A program made the position numbers and the translations under genes. Shown here piece after piece: positions 27,583 through 38,596 of a stretch of DNA of 64,000 nt. The DNA comes from Pirellulales bacterium (GTDB taxonomy: Bacteria > Planctomycetota > Planctomycetia > Pirellulales > PALSA-1355), in NCBI GenBank assembly GCA_963733035.1, contig CAVTBU010000006.1, positions 256,001-320,000 on the forward strand. The letters run 5' to 3'. The notes under the pieces are model-generated. The model made no database searches, was not told the origin of the DNA, and worked only from the letters and a program-made list of their open reading frames with translations. Each line of letters opens with the position of its first letter. Within the stretch, counting starts at the first letter, position 1.

Positions 27583-28362
27583 CTAGCTGCGTCTGGCAAT
27601 CCGCTCGGCCGGGTCCTGTCGATAGTAGTCCGCCAGGAGTTCGTATAGCCTTGGATGCCGGTGGCGCAGTTCCACGGGTGCGTCAAAGAAGCATTCGGTG
27701 GCCACGGCAAAGAACTCCGCTTCGCTTTCGGCACCGTACTTGTCGAGTAATGTGGCTCGTCCGTCGTGGGCGTCGCGCCGCAGCTGCTTGAATTCGGCGG
27801 TCATCACATCGTGCCACTGCTGGCGAGCTTCGCGAGTTTCCAGCGGCGGCGTGCCGTTGGTGCTCCGATCGAGCATGTCGATCTGGTGGGCGAATTCGTG
27901 CCAAATGAGGTTATTGCCCTGACCCGGATGCCGTGACTCGTCGGCGATCTCCGCCCAGGAAAGAATGACCGGACCGCGATACCAGGATTCGCCCAGCCGA
28001 GCCGATTCGCGTTGGATCGACCAGCCATGGTGCCACCGTTCCTCGGGCACCGCGTAGCCGGCCGGATAGATCAGGATCGACAGTACCGCGCGAAACGGGT
28101 CTCCCGGAAGTTCGAGCGCCATCAGCGAGGCCTGGGCGGCGACGGTGACTTTCATCTCATCCGTGAGGGTCAGCCCGCCGCAGCCTTCCCAATTTTTTTC
28201 GACCACGAAGATGCGCAGCTTGTCGCGCAGGCGGGCCTGGTCGGTGGGGGAGAGATGGCGGTAGTGAGCGACGTTGCGGTCGAGATAGACGAGCCACTCG
28301 CCGGGAAAAGGCAAGGACAAAATCTTCCGACGGCGGCGCTCGCGTAGCCAGGAGAATATCAT
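27583..28362 (-). CDS. MtfA/M90 zinc metallopeptidase
   Basis: NLIWHEFAHQID, EFFAVATECFF. Confidence 0.88.
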   Translation of the reverse strand: MIFSWLRERRRRKILSLPFPGEWLVYLDRNVAHYRHLSPTDQARLRDKLRIFVVEKNWEGCGGLTLTDEMKVTVAAQASLMALELPGDPFRAVLSILIYPAGYAVPEERWHHGWSIQRESARLGESWYRGPVILSWAEIADESRHPGQGNNLIWHEFAHQIDMLDRSTNGTPPLETREARQQWHDVMTAEFKQLRRDAHDGRATLLDKYGAESEAEFFAVATECFFDAPVELRHRHPRLYELLADYYRQDPAERIARRS

Positions 28363-28398
28363 CGTGCGCAGTCCATCCGTGAACGCCCGGCCTTGCGA

Positions 28399-29694
28399 CT
28401 ACAGGGTCCAGCCTTTGCGATACTCGCGCTGCAAATACTGTTCGGCGGCGGCCGTGTCGGTCTTGAAGGCCTCGGCGTCCCAGGAAATCTTAGCTTGCCC
28501 GGCACGGTAGGCCACGTTGCCCAGCAGCACAGCTTCGGCCAGTCCACCGGAGTAGTCGAAATTGCAGGTCGTCGGGCCGCGCGACTTGATGGCATCGGTC
28601 CATTCTTTCCAATGGCCGACCGAATTGGGAATCGTTTGTGGCGGCGCGGCCGGCGGTTCCCCTTGGTTCATGAAGTACTTTAGCGTCCCGTAGTCGGCCA
28701 GCAGCCGGCCTTCGGTGCCTTCGAACAGAACGGCCGCGGTCTTGTCGTATTGCTCCGCTCCCTCGGGTCGCCAATCGCCGTGATACCAGGTCAGGTGCAC
28801 GGCCGGCCGGCCTCCCTTGGCGGGGAATTGATAATCGACCCGCATGTTGTCCGGCACCTGGTTGTCGCCACCGATCGTCTTTTCTCCCTTGGCTTCGATG
28901 CTCGTCGGAGCGCCGAGATCGAGTGCCCAAAACGGCAGATCCATGTAGTGGCAGCCAAAGTCGCCGAGCGTGCCGTTGCCAAAATCCCACCAATAGCGCC
29001 AGTTGAAATGGAAGTGCGACGGATGATACGGACGCATCGGCGCGGGGCCAATCCACAAATCGTAATCGACCGTTGCCGGCGGTGTGCCCTTGGCAACGCG
29101 AACGCCGGGGCGATTTGTATTCACCTGCCACACGTGCACGCGCTCGACGGGTCCAAGCTGACCGGACTGCACGATTTCGACAACGCGTCGATAGTTGTCA
29201 CCGGCATGAATTTGCGTGCCCATCTGGGTAACGGCTTTTTTCTCCGCGGCCAGGTTACGCATTTGGCGCACTTCGTAAACCGAGTGGGCCAGCGGCTTTT
29301 CACAGTATACGTCAAGACCTTGTCGCAGGGCCCGCATCACGGGCATGGCGTGCGTGTGGTCGGGAGTCGAGACGACGACCGCGTCCAGGTTTTTTTCTTT
29401 GTCAAACAACTGGCGAAAGTCGGTATATCGTGCCGCATCGGGGAAACGCTCGGCCATCGGTCCCAGGTGCTCGCTGTCGATGTCGCACAGCGCAACGATG
29501 TTCTCGTGCGTCAGTTGGTTGATGTTGTGCGCGCCCTTGTTGGCCACGCCCACGCAGGCCAGATTGAGCTTCTCGTTCGGACTTCGAGCCGCCAAGACCG
29601 GCTGGGTTCGACCAAAGACTCCCACGGTTGCCGTGGCCGTTCCGGCCAAGATTGCCTGCTTGATGAACTCGCGACGTTCGAGATGCTGCGACAT
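28399..29694 (-). CDS. Gfo/Idh/MocA oxidoreductase, Tat-exported
   Basis: RREFI; STPDHTH, YCEKPL, QMGTQ, GDFGCH. Confidence 0.92.
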   Translation of the reverse strand: MSQHLERREFIKQAILAGTATATVGVFGRTQPVLAARSPNEKLNLACVGVANKGAHNINQLTHENIVALCDIDSEHLGPMAERFPDAARYTDFRQLFDKEKNLDAVVVSTPDHTHAMPVMRALRQGLDVYCEKPLAHSVYEVRQMRNLAAEKKAVTQMGTQIHAGDNYRRVVEIVQSGQLGPVERVHVWQVNTNRPGVRVAKGTPPATVDYDLWIGPAPMRPYHPSHFHFNWRYWWDFGNGTLGDFGCHYMDLPFWALDLGAPTSIEAKGEKTIGGDNQVPDNMRVDYQFPAKGGRPAVHLTWYHGDWRPEGAEQYDKTAAVLFEGTEGRLLADYGTLKYFMNQGEPPAAPPQTIPNSVGHWKEWTDAIKSRGPTTCNFDYSGGLAEAVLLGNVAYRAGQAKISWDAEAFKTDTAAAEQYLQREYRKGWTL

Positions 29695-29849
29695 GATCGG
29701 GGGTCTCCGCGTGGTGTGTTGTATTCGGTTGGCTGGATTTGGTGGGTGGGTGGGTGTCGCGTCCGTACCGGCAACAAGTGCGACGGATCGACGGCAGCCC
29801 CAATTCTGAATCGAGCCGCGGGCCGCGTCAATCACGACGGGCCCTCCGT

Positions 29850-31958
29850 CTACGGCAGCGGTGGGGGGCTCGACGGCGCGGTGGGCCTTGAAACGGGACT
29901 AGCCAGCGGTAAGGAGTCCACGCCCGTCCGAGTTTGGGGAGAACTTGGAAAGGGTGCTCCAGCCGATCCGAGCGGGCCATTGGTCGACGAGGCCGTCCAC
30001 GGCAAATGCTCCAGTTTGCTGGGGGGCTGTCGGTCGACTTCGACCAGGTGCTCGAGCAGGACGCGGTGCACTTCGAGGACCGTGAGCGGATGGCGGTGGA
30101 CCGACGAATGATCCGAATCGACGGTGATTTCCGAGACCGCCGGTTCGAAGTGGGCGCTGGCGACGGATACCACGCCGTCACCGTCACCGGTGACGCGCCC
30201 GAGTAGCCCATGCTTGGAGACGCGGCCAACGATGTTGTGGTAGCGAATCCGAGGGGCGGCGGGCGCCTCAAGCATCACCGGCAGAATCGGAGAGTCGGGT
30301 GCCAGAGAGTCGATGCTCGTGTTGACTTCCAGCAGGTTATGGCTGCGGAAGTAGTCAGGATTGTCTTTATAGAGTTGTTGGCGGCCGCTGAGCATCATTT
30401 GCGGAAGCGTGATCAGCTTGCTGCCGATCCAACGCGTCGCGGCGTTGGAGAACTCGCTGCCGCGAAAAGGCGTGGCAATGGTGATCACACGGCGCACTTC
30501 GGGGACGGGGCGAAAGAAGAATTCGGCCGCCAATTCCCGCCGTGTGTCGGGGGGCGCGTGAATTGCTTCAAAGGGCTCGTTGCTGACGATTCTCCAGAAA
30601 TCGTTGCCGCTGTCGATCGTCTGCAGTCGCGACAGCAGGCCCCCCATGCTGTGCCCCACCAGCACCATCTGGTTGATGGCCGGTTGGCGGTGATACGGGT
30701 CGATAATCTGGCGGGCCTCGGCCAGGTCGCGGCGCAATTGGGCGGCACTGATCCAGAACGGCTGGCCGGTCGGATACAGATAGAACCAGAATTGGTAGCG
30801 GCTGCGAATTTCTGGTGAGCCACGCAAGTCGTTGAACATTTCCATCCAGGTGATGGGGCTTGACCATAGCCCGTGTACCATCAACACGGGGATTTTACCG
30901 GGCTGGTAGGGCTCGAGCATGTACAGCCCTTGCAGCTTGGCGGTTTGCGCAGGGTTGAGAAGTCCGATCGTCGACGAGTCGAGGTGCTGCAGTTCCTTCT
31001 GATTTAGCGCGTACGCCAACGGAGTGGTTAGATCGCTCTCGAGCGGCACGCGGCGGCCATCGACGCTGATCTCCGATGTATTAAGTGGGTCGTAGAGTTC
31101 CAGATGAACGACGTGATGGCCGTTTTCCGGATCGCTATTCGGCATGCAGCGCAGGAATGCGGTGACCGGGAAGCTCATGCCCGGCGGATAGAATTTCTCC
31201 TCGGGGCTTGCGTTTTCGTGGTGCTTGCGAACCGCAATTAGCGGAACGCCGAGTCCGTAGTTGTGGTATTGATTTCGCAGTCCGCGAATTTCGTAGTCGG
31301 AGACGAAACGGAATTCGGCGAAGTCCTCTGCGCCCAGGTATTGCTGCGAACCACGATTGTGGTTTCGACGACCTGGTTGGCGGTGCGGATGGTCTGCGTG
31401 GTGCCGGGGATCAATTTCCCTTGCTTCTTGATGATGCGAAGGGCGCTTTCCAGGGCGCCGTTGTAGAGGTCGCAGGCCCCGCGAAATTCCGGGTCGTAGG
31501 GATTGCGGTACCGCCCGAATCGCTCGTTAAACAAATACTGATAGGCATGGACGACCGCCAGCCCGTGGAACTCGAGCGCTTTGCGGCGGCTCATTGGTTC
31601 GGCCCGCTTGCCCGCCAGATACGACAGCTCCGCGAGCGAATACAGCTTGTCGGTCGACGGGTCTTCTTGATTCAACTCACTCAGCTTGATCAGGAGTTTG
31701 GCGTTGGCGTGTTCGAGGTCGTCCTCGAGGTCATACCGACGCGCGAGCAACTGCGTCCGTTCGGTCGGTTGGGGACCGTGCGGCGAAAGCAGTTGAAGCG
31801 GTCCAGCCAGGGGATTGGCGGGCACCTCGCGCACGCGCACCCACTTCTCCTGCGCAGCCACAGACAGCTGCCACGACGGCGAACAGAATAAGGATGACCG
31901 CCGGCCGGCCGTGCGCGATTGAGCGCGCACGGCCCGCGGACGCCGCGGAATCAGGCAT
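29850..31958 (-). CDS. Lipoprotein alpha/beta hydrolase (esterase/lipase); several frameshifts (near 31860, 31330, 31205)
   Basis: Lipobox VCGCA; VHGLWSS, GHSMGG, GDGVV; pieces in three ORFs. Confidence 0.75.
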
Positions 31959-32209
31959 GGACTCGGCTTTGGAGACTCGCACGAAGATCAAAACAGGGCA
32001 ATGACTTACCGCCCCTCACGCCGCGTCGGCGCAGGGAGAGACTGCCTCGGGGCCGAACGATAGGAATTCGTCCCGGCCCGAGCAATGCCGCTTTGACTTT
32101 ACGGCGTTCTCTAGACAACCCAGGCTTCCGGTCGTGAACTTTGCGTGGACTGAAAGGCTCTAGGCATTCGGTTGACTCTCGTCGTATCCTGCTAGCGGAT
32201 GTTGCTACC

Positions 32210-32800
32210 ATGCCCGCGAATGCCATCATGCCGCACGACCACGAGATTGAATTGTCCAGCAACCGGATTTTGCTCCGGGCCTTTCGCTTGGAAGACGCCA
32301 CTGCGATCTATGACGCGGTATGCGAATCAAAGCCTGAGTTGTCTCGCTGGCTGCCATGGTGCGGCGCGGACTACGGCCAGAACGACACGCTGGAGTTCCT
32401 GAACCACCGCGGCGAGTCGTATCGCAATCACGAGGAACACGCCTTTGCAATCATCGAGCGAGCCAGCGGACGCTTTCTTGGAGCGACGGGCGTCAATCAA
32501 ATAGACCGCTCGGCACGCCGGGCCAACTTGGGTTATTGGCTGCGTACCAGCGCCACCGGCGAAGGCTATGCCACCGAGGCTACGCTGCTGGTCGCCCGTT
32601 GGGCGTTCGCGGAACTTGGGCTCGAACGAATCGAGATCGTGGCAGCCACCAGCAACGAGGCCAGCCAGCGGGTTGCCCTCCGCGCTGGTGCTCAGCGAGA
32701 AGGTGTCGCTCGCCGGCGGCTACGAATCGGCGACGAGCAGCGCGACGCGGTCGTGTTCTCCCTGGTGCCGAGCGATCTGGCAGGCGAGAATAAGACGTAG
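32210..32800 (+). CDS. RimJ/RimL-family GNAT N-acetyltransferase
   Basis: ANLGYWL, GEGYATEA, NEASQRVA. Confidence 0.9.
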   Translation: MPANAIMPHDHEIELSSNRILLRAFRLEDATAIYDAVCESKPELSRWLPWCGADYGQNDTLEFLNHRGESYRNHEEHAFAIIERASGRFLGATGVNQIDRSARRANLGYWLRTSATGEGYATEATLLVARWAFAELGLERIEIVAATSNEASQRVALRAGAQREGVARRRLRIGDEQRDAVVFSLVPSDLAGENKT

Positions 32801-32861
32801 TGGGTCAAACCGCCCCGTTACCGTTTCTTGCCGACTTGCGGCGCTACGCAAGCACAAAAGA

Positions 32862-34019
32862 ATGCCGTTCCATTCGTCCAGCGAACGTCTTGCAGTTGAT
32901 GGGGGCCCGCGCGCTCTCTGCGGAGATCCGCCGCCTTGGCCGCGACCCGATGAAGCCGTGCGAGAGGCCCTCGAACGGGCCTGGGCTGATGGCAGCTGGG
33001 GGCGATATCACGCGGAGCATACCGATAGACTTGCGGCGGAACTTGCTCGATTGCATGCGGTGGAGTTCGTCACACTTTGCCCATCTGGCACGTTTGCCGT
33101 CGAGTTGGCGTTGCGCGCCTTGAAGGTCGGTGAGGGGGATGAAGTCATCCTCGCCGGATATGATTTCCCGGGAAACTTCCGCGCCATCGAGGCCACCGGA
33201 GCCCGGCCGGTGCTCGTCGACCTTGCTCCGGGCAGTTGGCGACTCGACCCGCACGAAATTCCGCCGGCGATTGGCCCGCGCACAAAAGCACTGATCGTGT
33301 CGCACTTGCACGGCGAGCTGGTCGACATGGCCAGCGTTTGCGACGTCGTGCGCGGGGGGGCTGTTTGTGGTCGAAGACGCCTGTCAGGTCCCTGGGGCAA
33401 GGATTGCTGGGCGGTGCGCGGCAGCTGGGGACACGTCGGAGTGTTGAGCTTTGGTGGCAGCAAGCTGATCACGGCGGGGCGGGGCGGAGCGATCCTGACT
33501 TCCGACGCCGAGCTACACCAGCGGGCCAAGGTTTTCTGCCAGCGAGGCAACGACGCCTTTCCATTAAGCCAACTGCAGGCGGCCGTATTGCTCCCACAGC
33601 TAAGTCGGCTGGAAGAGCACAATCAACGCCGCCGCCGAGCCGTCGCCCGCTTGCTGGCGCAGACGGCACAACTGCCAGGCCTCAGGCCACTGGCAACATC
33701 GACCGAAGACGCGGTGTTCTACAAGCTTCCCTGGCACTATGTAGCCAGCGAATTGGGAGAACGTTCGCGGGACGAGTTTGTGCATGCGCTGCAGGCCGAG
33801 GGTGTGCAGACGGGAAGTGGCTTTCGAGGTTTTGTGCGGCGGACGGCGCGGCGGTGCCGCAAAGTCGGCGAGTTGCCGCATAGTCAACGGGCCGTCAATA
33901 CAACGCTGCTGTTGCACCATCCCATCCTGCTGGAATCCGATGAGCGGCTTGACGCCCTGGCCGCGGCGCTGGCCAAAGTGGCCCGGGCGTTTTCGCGACG
34001 TCCGAGCGTCAAAGAATAG
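32862..34019 (+). CDS. DegT/DnrJ/EryC1/StrS aminotransferase (compensating frameshifts ~33355-33415)
   Basis: SGTFAVELAL, LSFGGSKLITAGRGG; VVEDACQ motif present in an alternative frame. Confidence 0.85.
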   Translation: MPFHSSSERLAVDGGPRALCGDPPPWPRPDEAVREALERAWADGSWGRYHAEHTDRLAAELARLHAVEFVTLCPSGTFAVELALRALKVGEGDEVILAGYDFPGNFRAIEATGARPVLVDLAPGSWRLDPHEIPPAIGPRTKALIVSHLHGELVDMASVCDVVRGGAVCGRRRLSGPWGKDCWAVRGSWGHVGVLSFGGSKLITAGRGGAILTSDAELHQRAKVFCQRGNDAFPLSQLQAAVLLPQLSRLEEHNQRRRRAVARLLAQTAQLPGLRPLATSTEDAVFYKLPWHYVASELGERSRDEFVHALQAEGVQTGSGFRGFVRRTARRCRKVGELPHSQRAVNTTLLLHHPILLESDERLDALAAALAKVARAFSRRPSVKE

Positions 34020-34024
34020 CCGAC

Positions 34025-34792
34025 ATGTCGAACGACGAGGAGACGATGACTTTCCAGCCGCTCCACTTTTTGCTGACGAATGATGACGGCATCGACGCGC
34101 CGGGAATTTCCGCGATGCAAGAGGCCTGTGCCTCCCTGGGAAAGGTCGTGGTGGTGGCCCCCAATCAGCATCTTTCGGGATGCAGCCATACTGCCACCAC
34201 GAGCCGAGGCATGTCATTGGCTGAAGTCGGCCCAAATCGCTACGCACTGGACGGCTCGCCGGTGGATTGCACACGCATCGGACTTTACCGTGTGGCTCCG
34301 GATACGCAGTGGGTGCTGTCGGGCGTAAACGAAGGGGGGAACCTGGGAGCCGACGTTTATCTATCCGGCACCGTGGCGGCTGCCCGCGAGGCCTGCTTGC
34401 TCGGCAAGCCCGCCATCGCCATCAGCCAATACATGAAACGTCGGCCGGCCGACTGGGGTCGCGCGTTGCGCTGGACCCGCCACGTGCTGCAACTGCTCGT
34501 GAGGCGTCCTCCGGAGCCGGGCACGTTCTGGAACGTCAACCTACCTGATCCCGATCCCGGCGCGGATGATTTACCCGAATCCGTATTCTGCGACATCGAT
34601 CCTCATCCTCTGCCGATCGAGTACGAACTACGTGAAGGCAAGCTGCACTATCGCTCGCGGTATCAGGATCGCCAGCGTGCGGCAGGGCGCGACGTGGAGC
34701 TTTGCTTCGCCGGGCGGATTACGATCAGCCAAGTCGGTCTGCACGCAATTCCGCCTCAGGCGATCGCCGAGAAAGGCGATTTACCGTCTTAA
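34025..34792 (+). CDS. surE: 5'/3'-nucleotidase SurE
   Basis: LLTNDDGIDAPG, SGVNEGGNLG, SGTVAAA. Confidence 0.93.
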   Translation: MSNDEETMTFQPLHFLLTNDDGIDAPGISAMQEACASLGKVVVVAPNQHLSGCSHTATTSRGMSLAEVGPNRYALDGSPVDCTRIGLYRVAPDTQWVLSGVNEGGNLGADVYLSGTVAAAREACLLGKPAIAISQYMKRRPADWGRALRWTRHVLQLLVRRPPEPGTFWNVNLPDPDPGADDLPESVFCDIDPHPLPIEYELREGKLHYRSRYQDRQRAAGRDVELCFAGRITISQVGLHAIPPQAIAEKGDLPS

Positions 34793-35013
34793 CGAGGTCG
34801 TGCGGCCCAGAGTTCGTTGCGCATTCGCTTCGACGCCGGCACTGGTTCGGCGGGCGCTTCGTCGAATCTTGGCAGTTCTCCGCGGACGATCCGCACGTCC
34901 TGCGGGGCCTCGATCCCAAATGTGACACGCTGCCCCAGGATTCGCTTGACCACCAGGACGATCCCATCACCGATCACCACCTTTTCACCAATTTTGCGAC
35001 TGAGTACGAGCAT
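34789..35013 (-). CDS. csrA: Carbon storage regulator CsrA-family
   Basis: MLVLSRKIGEKVVIG...GIEAPQDVRIVRGEL. Confidence 0.88.
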   Translation of the reverse strand: MLVLSRKIGEKVVIGDGIVLVVKRILGQRVTFGIEAPQDVRIVRGELPRFDEAPAEPVPASKRMRNELWAARPR

Positions 35014-35378
35014 GGTTTTGTTTTCCCTCCGTGGCTCACTTTCTGACTGTGGGTCCCGCCCCAGCTCCGGCGAGCTGGAATTCATGCGGTTGCTTGGCTC
35101 GCATTCTTTGCAAGGGCGGTGCCGTGGCCACATTGGTGTCGCCAGAATGTTTGTGCATGCGCGCTAACTCATTTATGCATTGAGACTTGTGATTCTTCAG
35201 GATGGGCCGGCGGCCGTTCGCTGCTACGCCGCGTGCCGTCCGAAGTTGAGAGAGTCGTCTCAATTTCAGACGCACTGCCTTGGCCTAGCTTGGATCGCGC
35301 ACTGGGCACGGCTGGCCGATATCCGCAAAACGTTAATGCGTGTATTTACACATCAATCGCGCCAAATATACTGCAAAC

Positions 35379-35840
35379 ATGGAAAATGAATCGGTGTGCT
35401 TGCACGAATATTGCGTAGTTCCCTACCGCGTAACGAGTTCGGGAGCGGAGTTTTGCCTACTTACGCCACTCTCGCAGAATCGATGGGAGTTTCCCAAGAT
35501 TCGTCTTGCCGCACCTAACGCCTGCGATCTTGAGATCCTGAAACAGGCGGCCGAATCGGCCGGATTGCGCGGCACAATCGCCAGCTACGAGCCCCTTGGC
35601 TCCTTTGTCGCAACCAGGCAAAACGAGACCCGTAACATGGTGGGATTCTTGATGCGGGTGGAAGATATCGAGGACCCTTGGCCGCGGCAAAATAGCCATC
35701 GGCGTCTTTGGTGTCTGGCCGAGGAAGCCCGGGTGCGCATTCGGCGCAAGCCACTTCGTCGCTTTATTGATTTGGCGCTACAGAACGTGCGGTATGCACC
35801 GCGCGATACCCAGCCGTCGAGTGGCTCTCCAAGTTCGTGA
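35379..35840 (+). CDS. NUDIX-fold protein (degenerate motif)
   Basis: VVPYR, RWEFPK, AAESAGLRG, WP...RRLW pattern. Confidence 0.65.
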   Translation: MENESVCLHEYCVVPYRVTSSGAEFCLLTPLSQNRWEFPKIRLAAPNACDLEILKQAAESAGLRGTIASYEPLGSFVATRQNETRNMVGFLMRVEDIEDPWPRQNSHRRLWCLAEEARVRIRRKPLRRFIDLALQNVRYAPRDTQPSSGSPSS

Positions 35841-35955
35841 ATTTGGGGGCACGACCATTTTCGATGCGCCGCTTTCAACGCGTGGTGTGAGCTGGGCAAC
35901 CGTTTTACAATGCGAGGCGAGTCCTCTATCGGCCTTCCTTCCGCGGTATTTGCGA

Positions 35956-36790
35956 ATGCGCGCTTCACTGACCTGCCTGTTCGTTGCATCGCTCGGCGTC
36001 TTGTCGCCACTCGTCGCCCAAAATGTCCCAAGCAGCGATGAGCGATCCGCAACGATCGAGTCGCAGTTGCGAACCGTGTCCCAGGCCCTTGCCTCTCGGC
36101 CAAAAGACAAACAGTTGCTCGATCGCCGCGCGGCGCTGCACGCGGCCGCCGGTGAGCCGGTCAAAGCCATTGCGGATTATGATCGACTATTGAAGCTCGA
36201 TCCGAGCCTCGCCGCGGCCTTCGACGCCCGAGGAAGCGAGCAGTTCAAACTCGGGCAAATTGATGCGTCGATTGCCGATTTCGACCGTTACTTGAAGCTA
36301 CGGCCCGATCAGGTGCCCTGGCACTGGAAACGCGGCATCTCCTACTACTACGCGGGTCGCTGGGAAGAAGGGCAACGCCAGTTCGAGGGTTATCAAACCG
36401 TCGACGATAACGACGTTGAGAACGCCGTATGGCGTTACCTGTGCATGGCGCACTCCAAGGGTGAAGCCGCGGCTCGGGCCGACATGCTCAAGATCAAACG
36501 GGACCCTCGCGTCCCGATGATGGAAGTCTACGCACTGTACAAGGGTGAACTCCAGCCCGACGACGTGTTGACGGCAGTCGAGCGGGGTAAGCCATCGCCC
36601 GAGGAACTGAACGCGCGGCAGATTCTACGCGCATTTGTACCTGGGGCTGTACTTCGAAGCGGCCGGCGACGTTGCCGAGGCGAAAAAGCACATCGATCTG
36701 GCTCGGCAGCACAGGATCGGCCACTACATGTGGAATGTGGCTGATGTGCATGCCCGGCGGCTCGCGGAACCGAAAGCCACCGAACCCTAG
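35956..36790 (+). CDS. Secreted TPR protein, NlpI-like (frameshift near 36620)
   Basis: TPR repeats; WKRGISYYY, DVENAVW, DPRVPM; FYAHLYLGLY in the second frame. Confidence 0.8.
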
Positions 36791-38391
36791 GGCGATGCGA
36801 CCGCCGTCGGACTCGCTTCCAGGATGCGAATCACGCGCTGCGACTGATGCAGTTTGCCGTTGACGTCCGTGCCACGGACACGCAGCAAGTGGATTCCCGG
36901 CGTCGGCTTTCCGCTGAGATTGGCTTTCCACAAGTGCGTCGACGGCTTTGGTTTGGGCTGCTGTCGGAACGCTTCGGGAGACTTGGCCAACAGGGCGGCT
37001 TCCTTGTCATACGTTGCCTGGTGCAGCGGTTCGACCTCGCGGGTATGGGCAAGCGGAATCCAATCGCCGCCGGCCAGCGACATTTCGACCTTCGACCGCT
37101 CGGAGCCATTGAACAGATCGACGTACACGATCGTGCCGGCGACCTTGTCGGCGGCTACGGCGTCGGGGGCGTGAATGTCCATTTGGTAGTCAGCAGGTCG
37201 CCCGGCGGCCTTGAAGTCGAGCGTATATTTGGTGCCGTCGAAGCTGATGATCGAATAGCCGTTTGGCGCGCCGTCAGCCATGGTGGCGTGCGGAATTCCA
37301 CGCTCATCGGGAGCACCGCTCCACCAGCCCCCGCAAACCGTGACGTTGATGATATGGTGATGCGGCTCGGGCCCCAGCCACCCATCTTCCTTCTTGATGT
37401 AGCGGTGCTCGTGGTGGTGTGTGTGCCCGGAGATCGAGATGCAGAAGGGACGTTTTTCGATCAGGCGGTAGAGTTGCTCGCGGTCGCGGACGCCAACGAT
37501 GGGAATATGCATCATCAATACGACCATCTGGTCCTGGGGGATCATCGAAAGGTCGTTGCGGATGAACTGCATCTGTTCATCGCCCAGTCCGCCGCGATAC
37601 GTGCCTTTGCCTCCTTCGTCCGGAATGTACCATTCGATGTCGTCGAGCACGATGAAGTGCACCTGGCCGTAGTCAAACGAATAGTACGGCGGTCCGTAGA
37701 CGCGCTCAAAGGTTTCGTCGCTGTGTTGGTCGTGCTTGGCTTCAAAGTTGATGTCATGATTGCCGATCACGTTGTACCAAGGAATACCGATTAGCGCGAT
37801 CGTCTTGTTGAGCGTTTCGAAAGTGTCGAGGTTGTTGAAGGCAATGTCGCCAAGCGTCACGCCGAAGGACGCGTCGGTGCCGATCAACTCCTCGACGACG
37901 TCGTGCCCCACGTATTCCACTTCCTGTTGGTTGCGTGGCTGCGGATCGCCGAACAGAATCGCGCGAAACTCTTCTGGTTCGGGTTGCTCGTAGAGCGGAA
38001 AGTTGATGGCGTTTGGAAGTGGGCCCGTCGGGGCCACGCCGGGGAACTCGGAAGGCGGCGAGCCGTTCGGCTTATGGATATAGTAGAAACGCGGTAGCTT
38101 GTCCGCGGAGAGCGGCGTGCGGTAGCCGCGCGGTTTGATCACGAACACGATGTCGTCATCGTCCACCTTGAGCGAGTATTTCCCTTGCTCGTCGGTCGTC
38201 GTGATGTCGCGGCCGTTCGAAACCTTGATGCCGGACAATGGCTTTTCACCGGCGTCGAACTTCTCGTTGCCGTTGGTGTCGAGGTAGACCGTACCGTGTG
38301 CCTCGTGCACTGCATCCGCGGCGATTGCGCCGTCGGCAAAGACCAAGAGCAGTGAGGCCAGAATCACAGTTGGCAAAAGGATAGACTTCAT
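36787..38391 (-). CDS. Secreted calcineurin-like metallophosphoesterase
   Basis: GDPQ, LGD, GNHD, HIP, GHTH motifs; signal peptide. Confidence 0.9.
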   Translation of the reverse strand: MKSILLPTVILASLLLVFADGAIAADAVHEAHGTVYLDTNGNEKFDAGEKPLSGIKVSNGRDITTTDEQGKYSLKVDDDDIVFVIKPRGYRTPLSADKLPRFYYIHKPNGSPPSEFPGVAPTGPLPNAINFPLYEQPEPEEFRAILFGDPQPRNQQEVEYVGHDVVEELIGTDASFGVTLGDIAFNNLDTFETLNKTIALIGIPWYNVIGNHDINFEAKHDQHSDETFERVYGPPYYSFDYGQVHFIVLDDIEWYIPDEGGKGTYRGGLGDEQMQFIRNDLSMIPQDQMVVLMMHIPIVGVRDREQLYRLIEKRPFCISISGHTHHHEHRYIKKEDGWLGPEPHHHIINVTVCGGWWSGAPDERGIPHATMADGAPNGYSIISFDGTKYTLDFKAAGRPADYQMDIHAPDAVAADKVAGTIVYVDLFNGSERSKVEMSLAGGDWIPLAHTREVEPLHQATYDKEAALLAKSPEAFRQQPKPKPSTHLWKANLSGKPTPGIHLLRVRGTDVNGKLHQSQRVIRILEASPTAVASP

Positions 38392-38596
38392 GCGTATCTC
38401 CGCGGAGAGCCAAAAGCGGGATGAGGGTGGGCGAGCGTGCGAGTTGATTGTCCCTGCTAAGAGCTGGGTTCGCAAGCGCACGGTCGCCGAAGGTTAAGTT
38501 TGCTGCAAGGCAGTGCCGGTTGCAAGCCGACCGGAACTCTGGAGAATGTGAATCCCAGTTGTCGCGCGAGCAAATCACCACGCAAATTACGAACCG

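Noticed and set aside
33350..33420. Aberrant segment in the DegT aminotransferase
   Set aside because: The conserved VVEDACQ lies in a shifted frame between two compensating indels; likely a sequencing artefact
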